DNA of 64,000 bases from Truepera sp. (GCA_965218435.1 CBDCKW010000009.1:2016001-2080000), one strand, 5' to 3'. Shown: positions 1 through 10,800, numbered from the stretch's first letter. Made by a program: numbers and translations. Notes: generated from the sequence alone by a model not told the origin.

Positions 1-1
1 C

Positions 2-442
2 CTGAAAGAACAGGAGGGCTTGTCGCTCTTATTTATCACCCACGACCTCGCCGGGGCGCACTACATGAGTGACCGAATCGCGGTGATGTACGCAGGCAGG
101 CTGATGGAGGTTGGACCGTCTACGGCGCTGATCCGCGCACCCAAACATCCGTACACGCAGCTCTTAAAACGGGCTGCGCCGAAACCGGAAACGGGGCTCG
201 AGCCCGACCCGATTGAGGCCAAAGGCGAAGTTCCCGACCTCACCGCGTTGCCGCCGGGCTGCCCCTTTGAACCGCGCTGCCCCTTTGCGCATGACCGCTG
301 CCGCGAACGCCTCCCCGACTTAGTCGAAACCGAGCCCGGTCATCCCACGAGTCCGCTGGCCCGCTGTGTGCTCTACTACCCGGACGCCGCTGCTAGAGAA
401 CCGGAGCGCGTGGCGCAGGTCAAGCAGGCCGCGCAGGTATGA
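2..442 (+). CDS. Oligopeptide/dipeptide ABC transporter ATP-binding protein, C-terminal part (5' truncated by window)
   Basis: LFITHDL H-loop, PKHPYT and GCPFEPRC..C oligo_HPY cysteine motif. Confidence 0.9.
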   Translation: MKEQEGLSLLFITHDLAGAHYMSDRIAVMYAGRLMEVGPSTALIRAPKHPYTQLLKRAAPKPETGLEPDPIEAKGEVPDLTALPPGCPFEPRCPFAHDRCRERLPDLVETEPGHPTSPLARCVLYYPDAAAREPERVAQVKQAAQV

Positions 443-1260
443 GCAGTGTCGGCGTTTCTGCCGGGACGCTCAGTCAGCTTTGGGTCTACCCGGTCAAGTC
501 GGCAGCAGGGATAAAGCTGGAGTCGTCTAAGGTCGAACTTCGGGGGCTCGAGCACGACCGCCGCTGGATGGTGGTAGATGCGAACGGGCGGCTGGTGACG
601 CAGCGCGAACGGCCCGAGTTGGCGCTGCTCACCCCGAGTTTTGCAGGTGAGACCCTGAGGCTGAAGGTGGGCGGAATGCCGGGGCTCGAGCTGCCCCTCG
701 TTCCGGACCCCGGCGAGGCGCTGACGGTGATGATGTGGAAAGAACCGGTGAACGCTCAACTCGTCGGGGCGGCGACAGACTGGTTCAGCACCTTTTTGGG
801 TGGCCCTTACCGGCTCGTCTATATGCCTGAAACAACCGTCCGCCTCTCCCCCGACCACGCGCCGAGCCCGGTCAGTTTTGTTGACGGCAATCCCTTTTTG
901 CTCGTGTCTGAAGCGTCACTGGCCGACCTCAACGGACGGTTGACCGACCCCGTAGACATCCGTCACTTCCGGCCTAACTTGGTCGTCCGAGGGTGTGAAG
1001 CGTTCGCTGAAGACACCTGGGACACTCTACAGATTGGGGCACTCGAGCTGCGCCGTATCGGGCCGTGTATACGCTGTATGCTCGTCAACGTTGACCCGGA
1101 CAAAGGTGAGCGGCGCACGGAACCGCTAAGGACGCTCGCCCGTTACCGCCGGACGGGACAAGCGGTGCAGTTCGGCCAGAATTTCCGGCACGCGGTTAGG
1201 GCTCCCTTGGCAAGCTATCCGGTAATCTCTTGTGGTGACCCGGTTACCGTCAGAGCTTAG
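439..1260 (+). CDS. MOSC domain protein (YcbX/mARC-like)
   Basis: YPVKS, DRRWMVVD, FRPNLVV, CIRC motifs; ATGA overlap with upstream gene. Confidence 0.9.
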   Translation: MSSVGVSAGTLSQLWVYPVKSAAGIKLESSKVELRGLEHDRRWMVVDANGRLVTQRERPELALLTPSFAGETLRLKVGGMPGLELPLVPDPGEALTVMMWKEPVNAQLVGAATDWFSTFLGGPYRLVYMPETTVRLSPDHAPSPVSFVDGNPFLLVSEASLADLNGRLTDPVDIRHFRPNLVVRGCEAFAEDTWDTLQIGALELRRIGPCIRCMLVNVDPDKGERRTEPLRTLARYRRTGQAVQFGQNFRHAVRAPLASYPVISCGDPVTVRA

Positions 1261-1391
1261 CCGACACGTGTCTCTTAAGTGTCGTGTCTTTTTTAGGCCG
1301 CAAGCCTTTCAGCGCGTAACCCACAGCTTTGCCGAACCAAAATACTCGGGCTCAGCTGGCTGCTCTAGCAGAACAGGTGGTAGGCTCAGCT

Positions 1392-1538
1392 ATGGGACCG
1401 AGAACCGTCAGTACACTCATCGGCGTAGTGATCGTCGTTGCCGGTATCTATATCACCTGGAAACTGCTTAAAGCCGTGGGTATCGCACTTATCGTCGTCG
1501 GTATTATTCTGATTGCGGCAAGGGTGTGGCGGCGGTAG
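1392..1538 (+). CDS. Small two-TM membrane protein
   Basis: Two hydrophobic stretches; TAGGCT -10-like box 5 nt before ATG at 1392. Confidence 0.6.
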   Translation: MGPRTVSTLIGVVIVVAGIYITWKLLKAVGIALIVVGIILIAARVWRR

Positions 1539-1637
1539 CATCCTCTAAAACGCGCGGGCGAGTAAAGAGCGTGCGTCATCCCAAGCTAGTAGTCCAGGAC
1601 TATTTTTATAGCTACCGCTCTGTGCCTATAGTGCTGC

Positions 1638-1796
1638 ATGGACATTCTCAAAATTATCCTCGCCGTCGTGTTTCCGCCTCTAGGTGTGTTTTTAGAAGTG
1701 GGGTTTAGTGGGCAGTTCTTTCTCAACATCTTGTTAACGCTGCTGGGTTATATCCCGGGGATTGTCCACGCCGTGTGGATTATTTCCAGGCGGTAG
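1638..1796 (+). CDS. YqaE/Pmp3 family small membrane protein (52 aa, below ORF track cutoff)
   Basis: Manual translation MDILKIILAVVFPPLGVFLEVGFSGQFFLNILLTLLGYIPGIVHAVWIISRR has the Pmp3 PPLGV...LLTLLGYIPGIVHA signature. Confidence 0.92.
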   Translation: MDILKIILAVVFPPLGVFLEVGFSGQFFLNILLTLLGYIPGIVHAVWIISRR

Positions 1797-2012
1797 CAGG
1801 GGGCTGCGTCACAAAGTTCACCCATGTTTGGCTCGGCCCAGTATAGAGATAGCAGGTATGATCCGGTCAGCGACGTCGGTCCACACCTTGCTGACCGGCA
1901 CGCACACTCTAAGACAGTGCTGGTGCCACTCTCTTGCGGAAATGCTGAGGGTAGAAAGCAGTTGGGACGGCCCGAAAATGGGGTAAACCCACGCGCCCCA
2001 AGTCTGTAAAGC

Positions 2013-2687
2013 GTGACTACATTTACACGTCAGCGACTCGTTACCGCCGTTGTGCTGATGGCGGTGGCGGGTTGTGTAGACGCTGTTGGCTATTTGCGCT
2101 TGGGGCAGCTTTTTGTGTCTTTTATGAGCGGGAACACGACCCGGCTGGGCGTGTTTGCCGCCCAAGCCGACGCAACGGGCGTGGTGCGGGCGGCGCTGCT
2201 CGTACTGCTTTTTGTCGCCGGGTCTTTTTGGGGTCACCTTATCACCCGGAGGCCGTCGCAACGCGGTTTTATCCTCGTCCTGGCGCTCGAGACCATCCTA
2301 ATTTTAAGTGTCCCGGTGCTCGAGCGGCTGCTCCCCTTTGGCCTGGAAAAGCCTTCTGAGAAGCCCTTTAGCGTCCTCGTCCTACCGCTCGTGCTGGCGA
2401 TGGGTATGCAAAACGCTTCTTTGCAACACGTCGGTTCACTGTCTGTCGGCACAACTTACGTGACCGGCACGCTCGCCCATCTAGGGGCGCAACTTGCAAA
2501 CCTCTTTACACCCGAGTGGCGAAGAGCCGTAAACCGTTCAGGGCTTTACGCGCTGCTGTGGCTGGGACTCGTCTTCGGCGCAGTGTGCGGCGGTCTACTC
2601 TACGGCCGCTTTGCGCTGGACGCTCTTTTGGCTCCTGGGGGCGTGTTGGCGCTGCTCTGTTTCGTCACCTGGGTTCGGCGCGCGTGA
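2013..2687 (+). CDS. YoaK/DUF1275 family membrane protein
   Basis: AGCVDAVGY, FVSFMSGNTT, AMGMQNA, TTYVTGTL motifs. Confidence 0.9.
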   Translation: MTTFTRQRLVTAVVLMAVAGCVDAVGYLRLGQLFVSFMSGNTTRLGVFAAQADATGVVRAALLVLLFVAGSFWGHLITRRPSQRGFILVLALETILILSVPVLERLLPFGLEKPSEKPFSVLVLPLVLAMGMQNASLQHVGSLSVGTTYVTGTLAHLGAQLANLFTPEWRRAVNRSGLYALLWLGLVFGAVCGGLLYGRFALDALLAPGGVLALLCFVTWVRRA

Positions 2688-2908
2688 CTCCACTGCAGCA
2701 ACGTAACGTCTACAGGAAAACTAGGGTAGCGTGGCAAGCTGTAGGAAATTACGAATTGTAGGCTGGCTCCCTACTCTACAATTTCTTTACCTACGCAAAA
2801 ATGTACTTCTGTTTGCCCTCCAAGCACGTTATACTCGTGCGGGGCTCGCTCCTGAATTTGGGAACAGAACACTGTTTATGCTCGAGCGGGTACACTAGGA
2901 GATGATTC

Positions 2909-3808
2909 GTGACTCAAGAAACCGCGCCACTAAGCGTGTCGGTCGTTATTCCTGTTTACAACGAAATAGGGGCCATTCAAGAAACCGTTGACGACGTTGT
3001 GCGCCATATGGAAGACTCCGGCTTAACTTTCGAAATTATCCTGGTAGATGACGGCTCTTCTGACGGCTCCGGCGAAGTTATTGGAAAGCAAACCTCTGCC
3101 TGCGTTAAAAGCGTTCACCACAAAGTCAACCGGGGTTACGGCGCGGCCTTAAAGACGGGGCTCGAGCACGCCCGCTACGACCTGATTGCGATTACCGACG
3201 CCGACGGCACCTACCCGAACGAGCGGCTGCCCGGACTGATCCGCGCCCTCGGCGACGACGATATGCTCGTCGGGGCCAGGGTCGGCAAAAATGCTAAAAT
3301 CCCGGCAGTCCGTAAACCGGCCAAACAAGCCCTTAACCAGCTCGCCAACTACCTCTCAGAAACCGAGATTCCCGACCTCAATTCAGGCTTCCGGGTGATG
3401 CGTAAACCGATTGTCAAACGTTTTACCCATATCTTGCCCGACAGTTTTTCGTTTACCACGACGATTACGCTAGCGATGATTTCAGACGGGTATCAGGTCA
3501 AATACACCCCGATAGACTATTTTCACCGCGCCGGTAACTCGAAGATCAATCCGATCAAAGACACTTTGCGTTTTACTCAGCTTGTTATTCGCACGGTCAT
3601 GTACTTTAATCCATTGCGAATTTTTTTGCCGCTCAGTTTCGCACTTTTTCTAGCAGCAATCCTCGTTCTTATCTACAGGCTGATCACCGGTCAAGGACTA
3701 TTAATTTTCGGCATCATCTTGTTTGTGTCAGCGATTCAGGTTTTAACGACCGGGATGCTCGCCGACCTGATCGACAAGACCAATAGCAGGCACAGGGAGG
3801 TCAGATGA
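2909..3808 (+). CDS. GT2 polyprenol-phosphate glycosyltransferase (DPM synthase/GtrB-like)
   Basis: VVIPVYNE, VDDGSSD, NRGYGAA, TDADG, DLNSGFR; two C-terminal TM helices; GGAG RBS. Confidence 0.9.
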   Translation: MTQETAPLSVSVVIPVYNEIGAIQETVDDVVRHMEDSGLTFEIILVDDGSSDGSGEVIGKQTSACVKSVHHKVNRGYGAALKTGLEHARYDLIAITDADGTYPNERLPGLIRALGDDDMLVGARVGKNAKIPAVRKPAKQALNQLANYLSETEIPDLNSGFRVMRKPIVKRFTHILPDSFSFTTTITLAMISDGYQVKYTPIDYFHRAGNSKINPIKDTLRFTQLVIRTVMYFNPLRIFLPLSFALFLAAILVLIYRLITGQGLLIFGIILFVSAIQVLTTGMLADLIDKTNSRHREVR

Positions 3809-5550
3809 GCACTCAGACAAGTACGCAGACAAGTGCGCCTACAAGTAAGACCCCACAAAAAGGGTCTCTGCGGGACGTTTACGCGCAAAAAGCCTTGCAG
3901 CAGATTCCCAGGATTTTAAGCAACCAAGACCGCACCCCTTTTTCTCCCACCTACGGCTGCTTTCACCGCGACTACTGGCTCGATAAAACCTCGGACTTTC
4001 CCGACGCCGTGCGGCAGTTTGCCGTGCACGCTCTCGCGCTCGTTTATAAACACGAAATGCCCGGTAACCCCTATTACGGCAACGAAAAGGTGCGCGACTG
4101 GACCGTGGCGGGCCTGAACTTTTGGGCCGATATTCAGCACGCCGACGGGTCGTTTGACGAGTTCTACCCCTATGAGCGGGGGTGGGTCGGCCCTACGGCG
4201 TTTACCAGTTATACGACCATCGAGGCGCTTAACGTACTCGGCGACGAGGTGCCGCCGGATGTTCGCAAAAAGGTCACCGACGCCGTTCGCAAAGCCGCGC
4301 ACTTTATCGCCGCAGGTGAGTCCGAAGAGGACCACTTGGCCAACCACCACGCGATGGCCTGTTTAGCTGTGTGGAAAGCCTACGAACTGCTGGGCGACGA
4401 AGCTCTCAAAACGGGGTTTGAAAAGGTCTGGAACGACTTTTTAAGTTACCAGACCAAAGAAGGTTGGTCGGTCGAGTACGACGGTATTGACCCCGGTTAC
4501 CTCTCGGCGACGCTTTCATTTTTAGCTAAAATCTATCAGACCAACCCCGACCCCAGGCTGTTAGAGGTGATGCGCAGCTCCGCTGAGATGTGCAGCTACT
4601 TCGCCTATCCCAACCGGTTTTACGGGGGCAGCATGGGCAGCCGCAACACCTTGCACTTTTACTGTCACGGTTTTGAGGTCATGGCAGACGAGATTCCCAT
4701 CGCGGGCGCAGTAGCGGAGCATCTGCTCACCGGGCTCGCCGAAAATAAACTGGTGCCCCCCGAAATCATCTCAGATAGGTACCTCGTCTACCGGGTGCCG
4801 GAGTTTTTGCTGGCCTATCTGGACTACGCTGACAAGAAAAACCTGCCTGAGTTACCTTTTGAACGCCAGCCTTTTACCCAGTTTTTCCCTGAAGCCAAGG
4901 TATACGCCAAAAATGAGTCGGTTTATTACGCGCTCGCCAACCTCGCCAAAGGCGGCGTCGTCAAAGTTTTTGACAAAGAGAAGGACGGCACCTTGGTCTT
5001 TAACGACTGCGGGTTGATCGGCCGCTCGTCAGAAGGTAAAACCTTTACGAGTCAGTGGATTGACCCGCGTTTTGAGGTCACACAGTCTGAAAGCAGTGCC
5101 CAGGTCTCGGGTAAAGCGCAGTGGGTACCTTCGAACAGGGTTTTTAACCTCACCAAAAATCTGGCGTTTCGCGGCGTGTTGCTCGTTACCGGTTGGTCTC
5201 CCAGACTGTCTCACCTGCTCAAAGGGCGCATCCGGAAAACGCTGATGTTGGGGCAGCGCCCCGCGCCCATGTCGTTCGAGCGGCGGATCACGTTTGGCGA
5301 GAGTGAAGTAAAGCTCGAGGACACCCTGCGCCTAGAGGAAAACTTCGAGGTCGCGTCACTCTCGTACGGCGACGAGTTTTTTGTCCGTTACGTGCCGCAG
5401 TCGCGCTACTTTCAGAGCCAAGAACTCGGCGTCTCGGGCGTGGCCCTTACCCCGGAACAGCTCGCCGAACTCAACAAAACCCGGCAGTTTGTCCTCAGCC
5501 GAACCGTTCCTGTCGGAGCAGCTAACCCGAAAATGCGTGCCCCGGCATGA
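3805..5550 (+). CDS. Uncharacterised soluble protein in glycosylation operon (possible alpha/alpha-toroid carbohydrate-active enzyme)
   Basis: 581-aa ORF coupled to the GT2 gene (ATGA); QHADGSFDE and EGWSVEYDGIDPGY repeats resemble toroid helical repeats. Confidence 0.6.
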   Translation: MSTQTSTQTSAPTSKTPQKGSLRDVYAQKALQQIPRILSNQDRTPFSPTYGCFHRDYWLDKTSDFPDAVRQFAVHALALVYKHEMPGNPYYGNEKVRDWTVAGLNFWADIQHADGSFDEFYPYERGWVGPTAFTSYTTIEALNVLGDEVPPDVRKKVTDAVRKAAHFIAAGESEEDHLANHHAMACLAVWKAYELLGDEALKTGFEKVWNDFLSYQTKEGWSVEYDGIDPGYLSATLSFLAKIYQTNPDPRLLEVMRSSAEMCSYFAYPNRFYGGSMGSRNTLHFYCHGFEVMADEIPIAGAVAEHLLTGLAENKLVPPEIISDRYLVYRVPEFLLAYLDYADKKNLPELPFERQPFTQFFPEAKVYAKNESVYYALANLAKGGVVKVFDKEKDGTLVFNDCGLIGRSSEGKTFTSQWIDPRFEVTQSESSAQVSGKAQWVPSNRVFNLTKNLAFRGVLLVTGWSPRLSHLLKGRIRKTLMLGQRPAPMSFERRITFGESEVKLEDTLRLEENFEVASLSYGDEFFVRYVPQSRYFQSQELGVSGVALTPEQLAELNKTRQFVLSRTVPVGAANPKMRAPA

Positions 5551-5721
5551 GCTGTCTAAGTTACAACACAAGTTATAACGTAAACTACAGCGGCAAGGTC
5601 AAACTGAGTTCTTTAGTACGGCGTTTTATAGTTTTGCTCGGGCACTTTGGCGCGCAGGCGCATCAGAAAAGAGTATGAATGATGTTTTTTGTGACAAGCT
5701 TGTTAAGTCTAGGTTGCTGCT

Positions 5722-6693
5722 GTGAAGCGTAGAGGGACGCGCGCGCTGTTAGGCGCTGTCAGCGTGCTGGTTTCGGGTGGCCTGATCGTCTGGCTGCTCA
5801 GCCGTATCAATCTAGCGCAAACCGCTCAGCTGCTCCTCCAGGCAGATTGGCGCTGGCTACTTTTAGCCTTACTGCTTACCTGCGCGCTCCCCTTTACCAG
5901 TGTGTACCGCTGGCTCGGGGTGCTGCGGGCACAGGCCACCCAGCTCCCCTTTCCGGTCGCCCTGCGCGCGGTCATGATGGCCAACGTGCTCAACAGCTTT
6001 TTGCCTTCAAAGTCGGGCGACGTCGCTAAGGCCGTCTATTTGCGCGAGTACGGCGGGCTCAGTAAGGGAACCGGGACGGTCATTTTAGAGCGTCTCGTAG
6101 ACTTAGGGGTGCTGGGCGCACTTGGACTTTTAGGGCTTTTGGTCAACGGTACGCTTTGGGGTCTGGTCGCCGGGGCCGGACTCTTAGGCGGCGTGCTGGT
6201 CGTCTTTTTGGTCATCACCTTGCTACCCGTAGAGAGGCTGCCGCTCCCCACCAAAGTCACGCACGTCTTAACCGACCTTCGCACCGTCTTTCGCAGTTGG
6301 GTGGGGCACCCCGCCGCCATTATGCAGACGCTCGTCGGCTCTATTTTAACCTGGTCACTTGGAGGGTTGACGGTTTACGCGTTGGCACAAGCGTTCGGCA
6401 CGGGTTTGGGCTTGGGGTTTGCCTACGCAATTTTCCCGCTGGCAATTTTAGCGGGGCTCGTCCCGGTAACCGTCAGCGGTATCGGCACACGCGACGCTGC
6501 GTTTGTGGCGCTCTTAAGTACGCAGATGACCAGCGAACAGGCCACACTCGTCGGCATCGGTTATACGCTTTTTGCCTACTGGTTTTTATCGCTGATCAGT
6601 TTCCCGGTCGTCGCCTGGCAGGTGCTCGCCTTTTTACGCGGTGAGCGTCCGGGTGAGGTTTCACCTAAGGCCGACGTGGTAGAGCCTTTATAA
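5722..6693 (+). CDS. Lysylphosphatidylglycerol synthase TM-region / UPF0104 flippase-like protein
   Basis: RW..L, NSFLPSKSGD..K, ILERLVD, PVTVSGIGTRD motifs; multi-TM. Confidence 0.85.
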   Translation: MKRRGTRALLGAVSVLVSGGLIVWLLSRINLAQTAQLLLQADWRWLLLALLLTCALPFTSVYRWLGVLRAQATQLPFPVALRAVMMANVLNSFLPSKSGDVAKAVYLREYGGLSKGTGTVILERLVDLGVLGALGLLGLLVNGTLWGLVAGAGLLGGVLVVFLVITLLPVERLPLPTKVTHVLTDLRTVFRSWVGHPAAIMQTLVGSILTWSLGGLTVYALAQAFGTGLGLGFAYAIFPLAILAGLVPVTVSGIGTRDAAFVALLSTQMTSEQATLVGIGYTLFAYWFLSLISFPVVAWQVLAFLRGERPGEVSPKADVVEPL

Positions 6694-6696
6694 GGT

Positions 6697-8121
6697 CTAC
6701 CCGCCTGCTGAACCCACCTGTTTCGGCTTGCGGAGATAAAGGTCATCGTACTTGGGTGACTGGCTATAGTGTTTAGCGATACGCGGGTCGTTCATATGGT
6801 CAATGCCGAAGGTCGAAATAACCTTCGGTTGATACAGTGCGATGTCGCGGTAGACGTTGTAGTCATAATCTTTTAAGACGGCGAGTGTCTCGGCAGCTTT
6901 GTACGGTTCACCCGCCATATACCAGATAAAGTCAACGTCTTGGCGGAAGAGGTTAAACTCGATATTGCCGTCGTACACGTAATCGTTCAGGTCGGTCAGC
7001 TCGAGCACGTACTGAATTTTCCTTAGCTGCGGAGTGTTGGTAAATACAAAGATGCTCCTAACCTGAGTGACAAACGGCATAAACGCGATAAATAAAAGGG
7101 TCAGAGCGGCAAAGCGACTACGGCCCCTAAGCGCCTGAGCGAACCCACTAGCAGCTAAAACGGCGACGAAAGGGAAAACCAGCAAATAGTACTGCAGATT
7201 TTGCCGACCGGTCAGAAGCGAAAAACCAAACACACCGGCGGCGAGAAAGAGCAGCTCCCACTCGAGCCGCTTTTTACGCCGTAAAAAGACCGTGACCGCA
7301 AAAAAGAGTAATACTACACTGTTGGCGCTGAAAAGTCTGTCAATGTTGGTCGCAAGTTTGCTCGCCTCCCAGCCGCGCAGCTGATAGTAAAGCGCGTTAT
7401 AGGTAAAGTTCCAAAAGATAAAGGTTGACAGCTTGCCGCTAACGAGCAGATAAAAAAAGTAAGGGAGCACGCCTAAGATCACCGAGCCTGCAAAGATGAG
7501 CCCTTCGCCGAATTTGATATCGCGGCCGAACAGCCAGCGACCTAACAAGACCAACCCGACCAAACCGGCAAACACAATCCCCTTTTGCAAATAGAGGATC
7601 GAAACGCCGAAAACCAAGCCGCTGGCGACTAAAAGCCAGCGCGCCCGCGTCCGAAAAAAGCGGATGATCAGGTAGACACCCAAAAGCCCGAAGAGGCACT
7701 GCGGCACATCGGGGCGTATCTCGATGGCTTTAGCAGTAAAAAGGGTCGTAAACGACAAAAAAAGCGTACCTAAAACAGCACTCAGGCGGTCTTGGTAAAC
7801 CTCCCAAGTGATGAAGTAGATCAGCGTCAACATCGCTACAAGCAAGGCGAAAATGACCATGCGGGCGGCGATCAAAACGTCTGTCGTCCCGCCGAAAAGG
7901 GTGTAGAGCGGGAGCAGCGTGTAGTGGGTAAAGGGGTGGTGGTGCTGGAGAAAGTCGGTATAGATAGCTTGACCTTGGGACAGCTTCCAGGTCGTATGCA
8001 TCACCTCGAACTCGTCGTGGTCAAAAAAGCGGTTCAGTGATGAGAAAAAAAGCAGCCCGACCGAGAGCCCGAGTAGAGCCCAGGCGAGTACGCTCACGGG
8101 GCGCTGGGTGCGCGGCGTCAC
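6697..8121 (-). CDS. ArnT/PMT-like GT-C membrane glycosyltransferase
   Basis: DHDEFE after first TM, YTDFLQHHHP, EIRPD motifs; many TM helices. Confidence 0.75.
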   Translation of the reverse strand: MTPRTQRPVSVLAWALLGLSVGLLFFSSLNRFFDHDEFEVMHTTWKLSQGQAIYTDFLQHHHPFTHYTLLPLYTLFGGTTDVLIAARMVIFALLVAMLTLIYFITWEVYQDRLSAVLGTLFLSFTTLFTAKAIEIRPDVPQCLFGLLGVYLIIRFFRTRARWLLVASGLVFGVSILYLQKGIVFAGLVGLVLLGRWLFGRDIKFGEGLIFAGSVILGVLPYFFYLLVSGKLSTFIFWNFTYNALYYQLRGWEASKLATNIDRLFSANSVVLLFFAVTVFLRRKKRLEWELLFLAAGVFGFSLLTGRQNLQYYLLVFPFVAVLAASGFAQALRGRSRFAALTLLFIAFMPFVTQVRSIFVFTNTPQLRKIQYVLELTDLNDYVYDGNIEFNLFRQDVDFIWYMAGEPYKAAETLAVLKDYDYNVYRDIALYQPKVISTFGIDHMNDPRIAKHYSQSPKYDDLYLRKPKQVGSAGG

Positions 8122-8458
8122 GCGGTCGCTCTGGAATGTGCCCGAGCTTGCTCATTATCTTTTAACATCAGGTTGCCTTTCTGACAGCTGGTACGCGCGC
8201 CACCACAGTAACGCAGCGAGAAGTGACAGGTATACCCTGAGTGGCGGACATCGTTTAGTAGAAATGTTCCGTAGGCTTGCGCAGCGAGATGAAGTTCGGA
8301 GAAGCAACGCTCTCAATATAGATTCATTGACCAGCACACACATCCTAAGATGATAATGGCGTCCATCTCTTTTAGAAATGCTAAAAGTAACAGAGGATAG
8401 GGAGAAGCAGGAGCTTATCAAGTGCGCTGCATAACTCTACTGAACGTCTTAAACAGTG

Positions 8459-10222
8459 TCACGGCGTCGGCTTAGCCTTTCCTTCGCGTGCGTAGAGGTG
8501 GAGCAGACCCTGCGGCTTCGAGGTAAAGATAAGCCGGTAGCCGGAACCGTTAAGCTGCCGTAAAATAGCCTGAACGTTAGCACGCTCGAGCTCGCCGTTC
8601 AGATCACCCCAAAAGAGCACGTAGTCTACTGCGGCACCCGTCTCCCTTTGATAAGCCGCGACGTCAAAGGCGAAGGGGGGATTCTCGAGCGACTTTATCC
8701 CTCTGTCACCCAGATACTGAACGGGACTTCTAGCTCCGGTGTACTTTATTGGAAAGTAATCTTTGGCCGCCTGATAGTCCACCAGGTCAACGATCTCTTT
8801 GCTCGGCGCGACGTACCCGAGCGCGTGCCGCGCCTCGTCATAACGCAAGTTGGGATAGAGGTTCCGCAAACCCAGAGGCGTAGCTGAGCTGGGCAGATAA
8901 AGGGGTAGTACGGTGCTGTTATTGTCAATTACTTTGGCGGCTGAGACGTATTCACCAATCGAACGGCTTAAGGCAGCGTGAACCGGTAGCCGGTAGAGCA
9001 TCAGCGCACCCCAAACGCTCAACCCGGTAACGGCGGCAACGCGCCAGTTACGCGCCGACGTCTGAAACGCCGAAAGCCACAACACGAGTAGGGCGTAGCC
9101 GTAGGGCAAAAAGCGGTTGGGCAACCAACCTACTTCGCCGAGACGGTTAGGGGACCAGAAGACGATCAAAAAGAACACGAGAAACGCGACCAGCAGCTCA
9201 GGCGCAGGAATATAGCGGGCTTTTATCCCGGCGACCAGTACAAAAATCACCAACCCTAACATCAGCATGACGAGCGAAAGCGTAAACACCAGGTCGAGCC
9301 AGGTGTGAATCACCAGCAAGCTGTAGATGGTATAGGCCGGATGGGGTAGGTGAACGAAAAATCCGTGTAAAAGTTGGGAAAAACTTAAAAAATTGGTGGT
9401 ATCAGCTTGCGCCGTCTTAGGTTTTTGAACGAAGAAAAAGAGGACGAACGCGAGCGTAGGGAGCACCGCCAAAATGCTGAGTCCGAAGGTGCGCCTGTCG
9501 CCCCGGACGAGGAGCCTCAGCAGCGCCAAGATACCGAGCGCCAAAAGCGTATTCGCCGCGGCGATCACATGAACAAAATAGCTGAGCAGTACGGTAAAGG
9601 CTAAAAGTACCACCAACCCAAAAGTTTGCGTAAACGACTGCGTGGGGGCGTTGACCAGCCTGAAGTAAAGCCCGAGCGCAAGCAAAAAGAGCGGCAGACC
9701 AAAACAGAGGTTATAAAACCCTAGATAAAAGATGTAAGAGTAAACGGCCGGTAAGATGAGAAAAGCCGCTAAAGGTGCCCCTTTAAGGCCGCGTACGGCG
9801 AAGAGCGCCGTTAGCGGGACGAGCAGCGCGTAGGCACTTAACAGTAGCTTTTCGGCTGTTAAAAGAGGTAAAAACGACCCTAACCCGACGAGCAGTGCGT
9901 GGTAGAGCTGATTCGTGGCCAAATGCCAATTGGCACTATAAAAACCCTGTAAAAAGGTGCTGTTTTTTAGCTCGAGCAGGTGCGCCGCTGTCTCCAGGTG
10001 AGCGGGACCGTCTTGAGTCGGAATATAGGGGAAGAGCCAGAGAGGGAGCAAAAGTAGCAGAGACGCGACCAGCCACATCGCAGTCCAGCTAGACCTGTCT
10101 ATCTTTTGGGGTTGGGTATCTGTTTGAGTAACTAGGGGACGCTGCACCATAACGGGCTTCACCTTACCACCTGTCAAAAGCCCAGCGTGGCTCAAAGGTA
10201 CCGTATGATAGGGCTTACGCAT
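8459..10222 (-). CDS. Multi-TM membrane protein, probable GT-C-fold glycosyltransferase (start uncertain, possibly 10150)
   Basis: PTQDGPAH loop after first TM, GFYN, many TM helices, soluble C-terminal domain. Confidence 0.6.
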   Translation of the reverse strand: MRKPYHTVPLSHAGLLTGGKVKPVMVQRPLVTQTDTQPQKIDRSSWTAMWLVASLLLLLPLWLFPYIPTQDGPAHLETAAHLLELKNSTFLQGFYSANWHLATNQLYHALLVGLGSFLPLLTAEKLLLSAYALLVPLTALFAVRGLKGAPLAAFLILPAVYSYIFYLGFYNLCFGLPLFLLALGLYFRLVNAPTQSFTQTFGLVVLLAFTVLLSYFVHVIAAANTLLALGILALLRLLVRGDRRTFGLSILAVLPTLAFVLFFFVQKPKTAQADTTNFLSFSQLLHGFFVHLPHPAYTIYSLLVIHTWLDLVFTLSLVMLMLGLVIFVLVAGIKARYIPAPELLVAFLVFFLIVFWSPNRLGEVGWLPNRFLPYGYALLVLWLSAFQTSARNWRVAAVTGLSVWGALMLYRLPVHAALSRSIGEYVSAAKVIDNNSTVLPLYLPSSATPLGLRNLYPNLRYDEARHALGYVAPSKEIVDLVDYQAAKDYFPIKYTGARSPVQYLGDRGIKSLENPPFAFDVAAYQRETGAAVDYVLFWGDLNGELERANVQAILRQLNGSGYRLIFTSKPQGLLHLYAREGKAKPTP

Positions 10223-10611
10223 ATGGCTTGCAGCGAGGTTTTCGTGTCTCTATCACCGTTGTACCGAAGGTCAACGATCTTATGGGGTTCTTTCTACGCG
10301 CGTCTCCGACGCTGAACATGCAAGAGCTATACCGGAGTTGGCAAGGCCACCGAAAGCAGTACACTACCTTTGCTTGCGAAACTGTGTCATATGCATAAGC
10401 CCTGACCGTACTAAAAGGTGTTTCTCTCGAGCTGCTTGGTCACGCGGTTCACACCTTTAACGAAATCAAGAAGCCTTGTAAAGATAGCAGAAGCGCACCG
10501 CCAGGTTGTCTCTGCGCTCTAAGTACACGGCTTTAAGAGAAGAAGCTCTCCGTAGCAGCATGGAGTTTGCGAGAACGTCGTCTAAAGAAAAGCTAGATAA
10601 AGCATACAAAG

Positions 10612-10800
10612 TTGATAACAGCGTTGAAAGAGGCTGGACTAAAGCTGCATAAGTCGCGGCTTATGTTTTTGAGTCTCATGATGCTTGCCGTGGTGCAGCC
10701 AAAGACCGTCAACTTAGCATCGTTGGTAAGAATGCCGAAGGACAAAACGCAAGCGGACTCATGTTATAGACGCGCACAACGTTTTCTTCAAGCTCTCCGT
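10612..10800 (+). pseudogene. IS4-like transposase N-terminal remnant
   Basis: HKSRL..L...TVNLASL....SCYRRAQRFL resembles the N-terminus of IS4-family transposases; no DDE domain follows. Confidence 0.6.

Noticed and set aside
3808..3850. 12-bp tandem repeat encoding STQTSTQTSAPTS
   Set aside because: Degenerate, in-frame low-complexity N-terminus with no sign of phase variation.
8108..8421. Short ORFs between the two GT-C-like genes
   Set aside because: No start signals or recognisable protein features.
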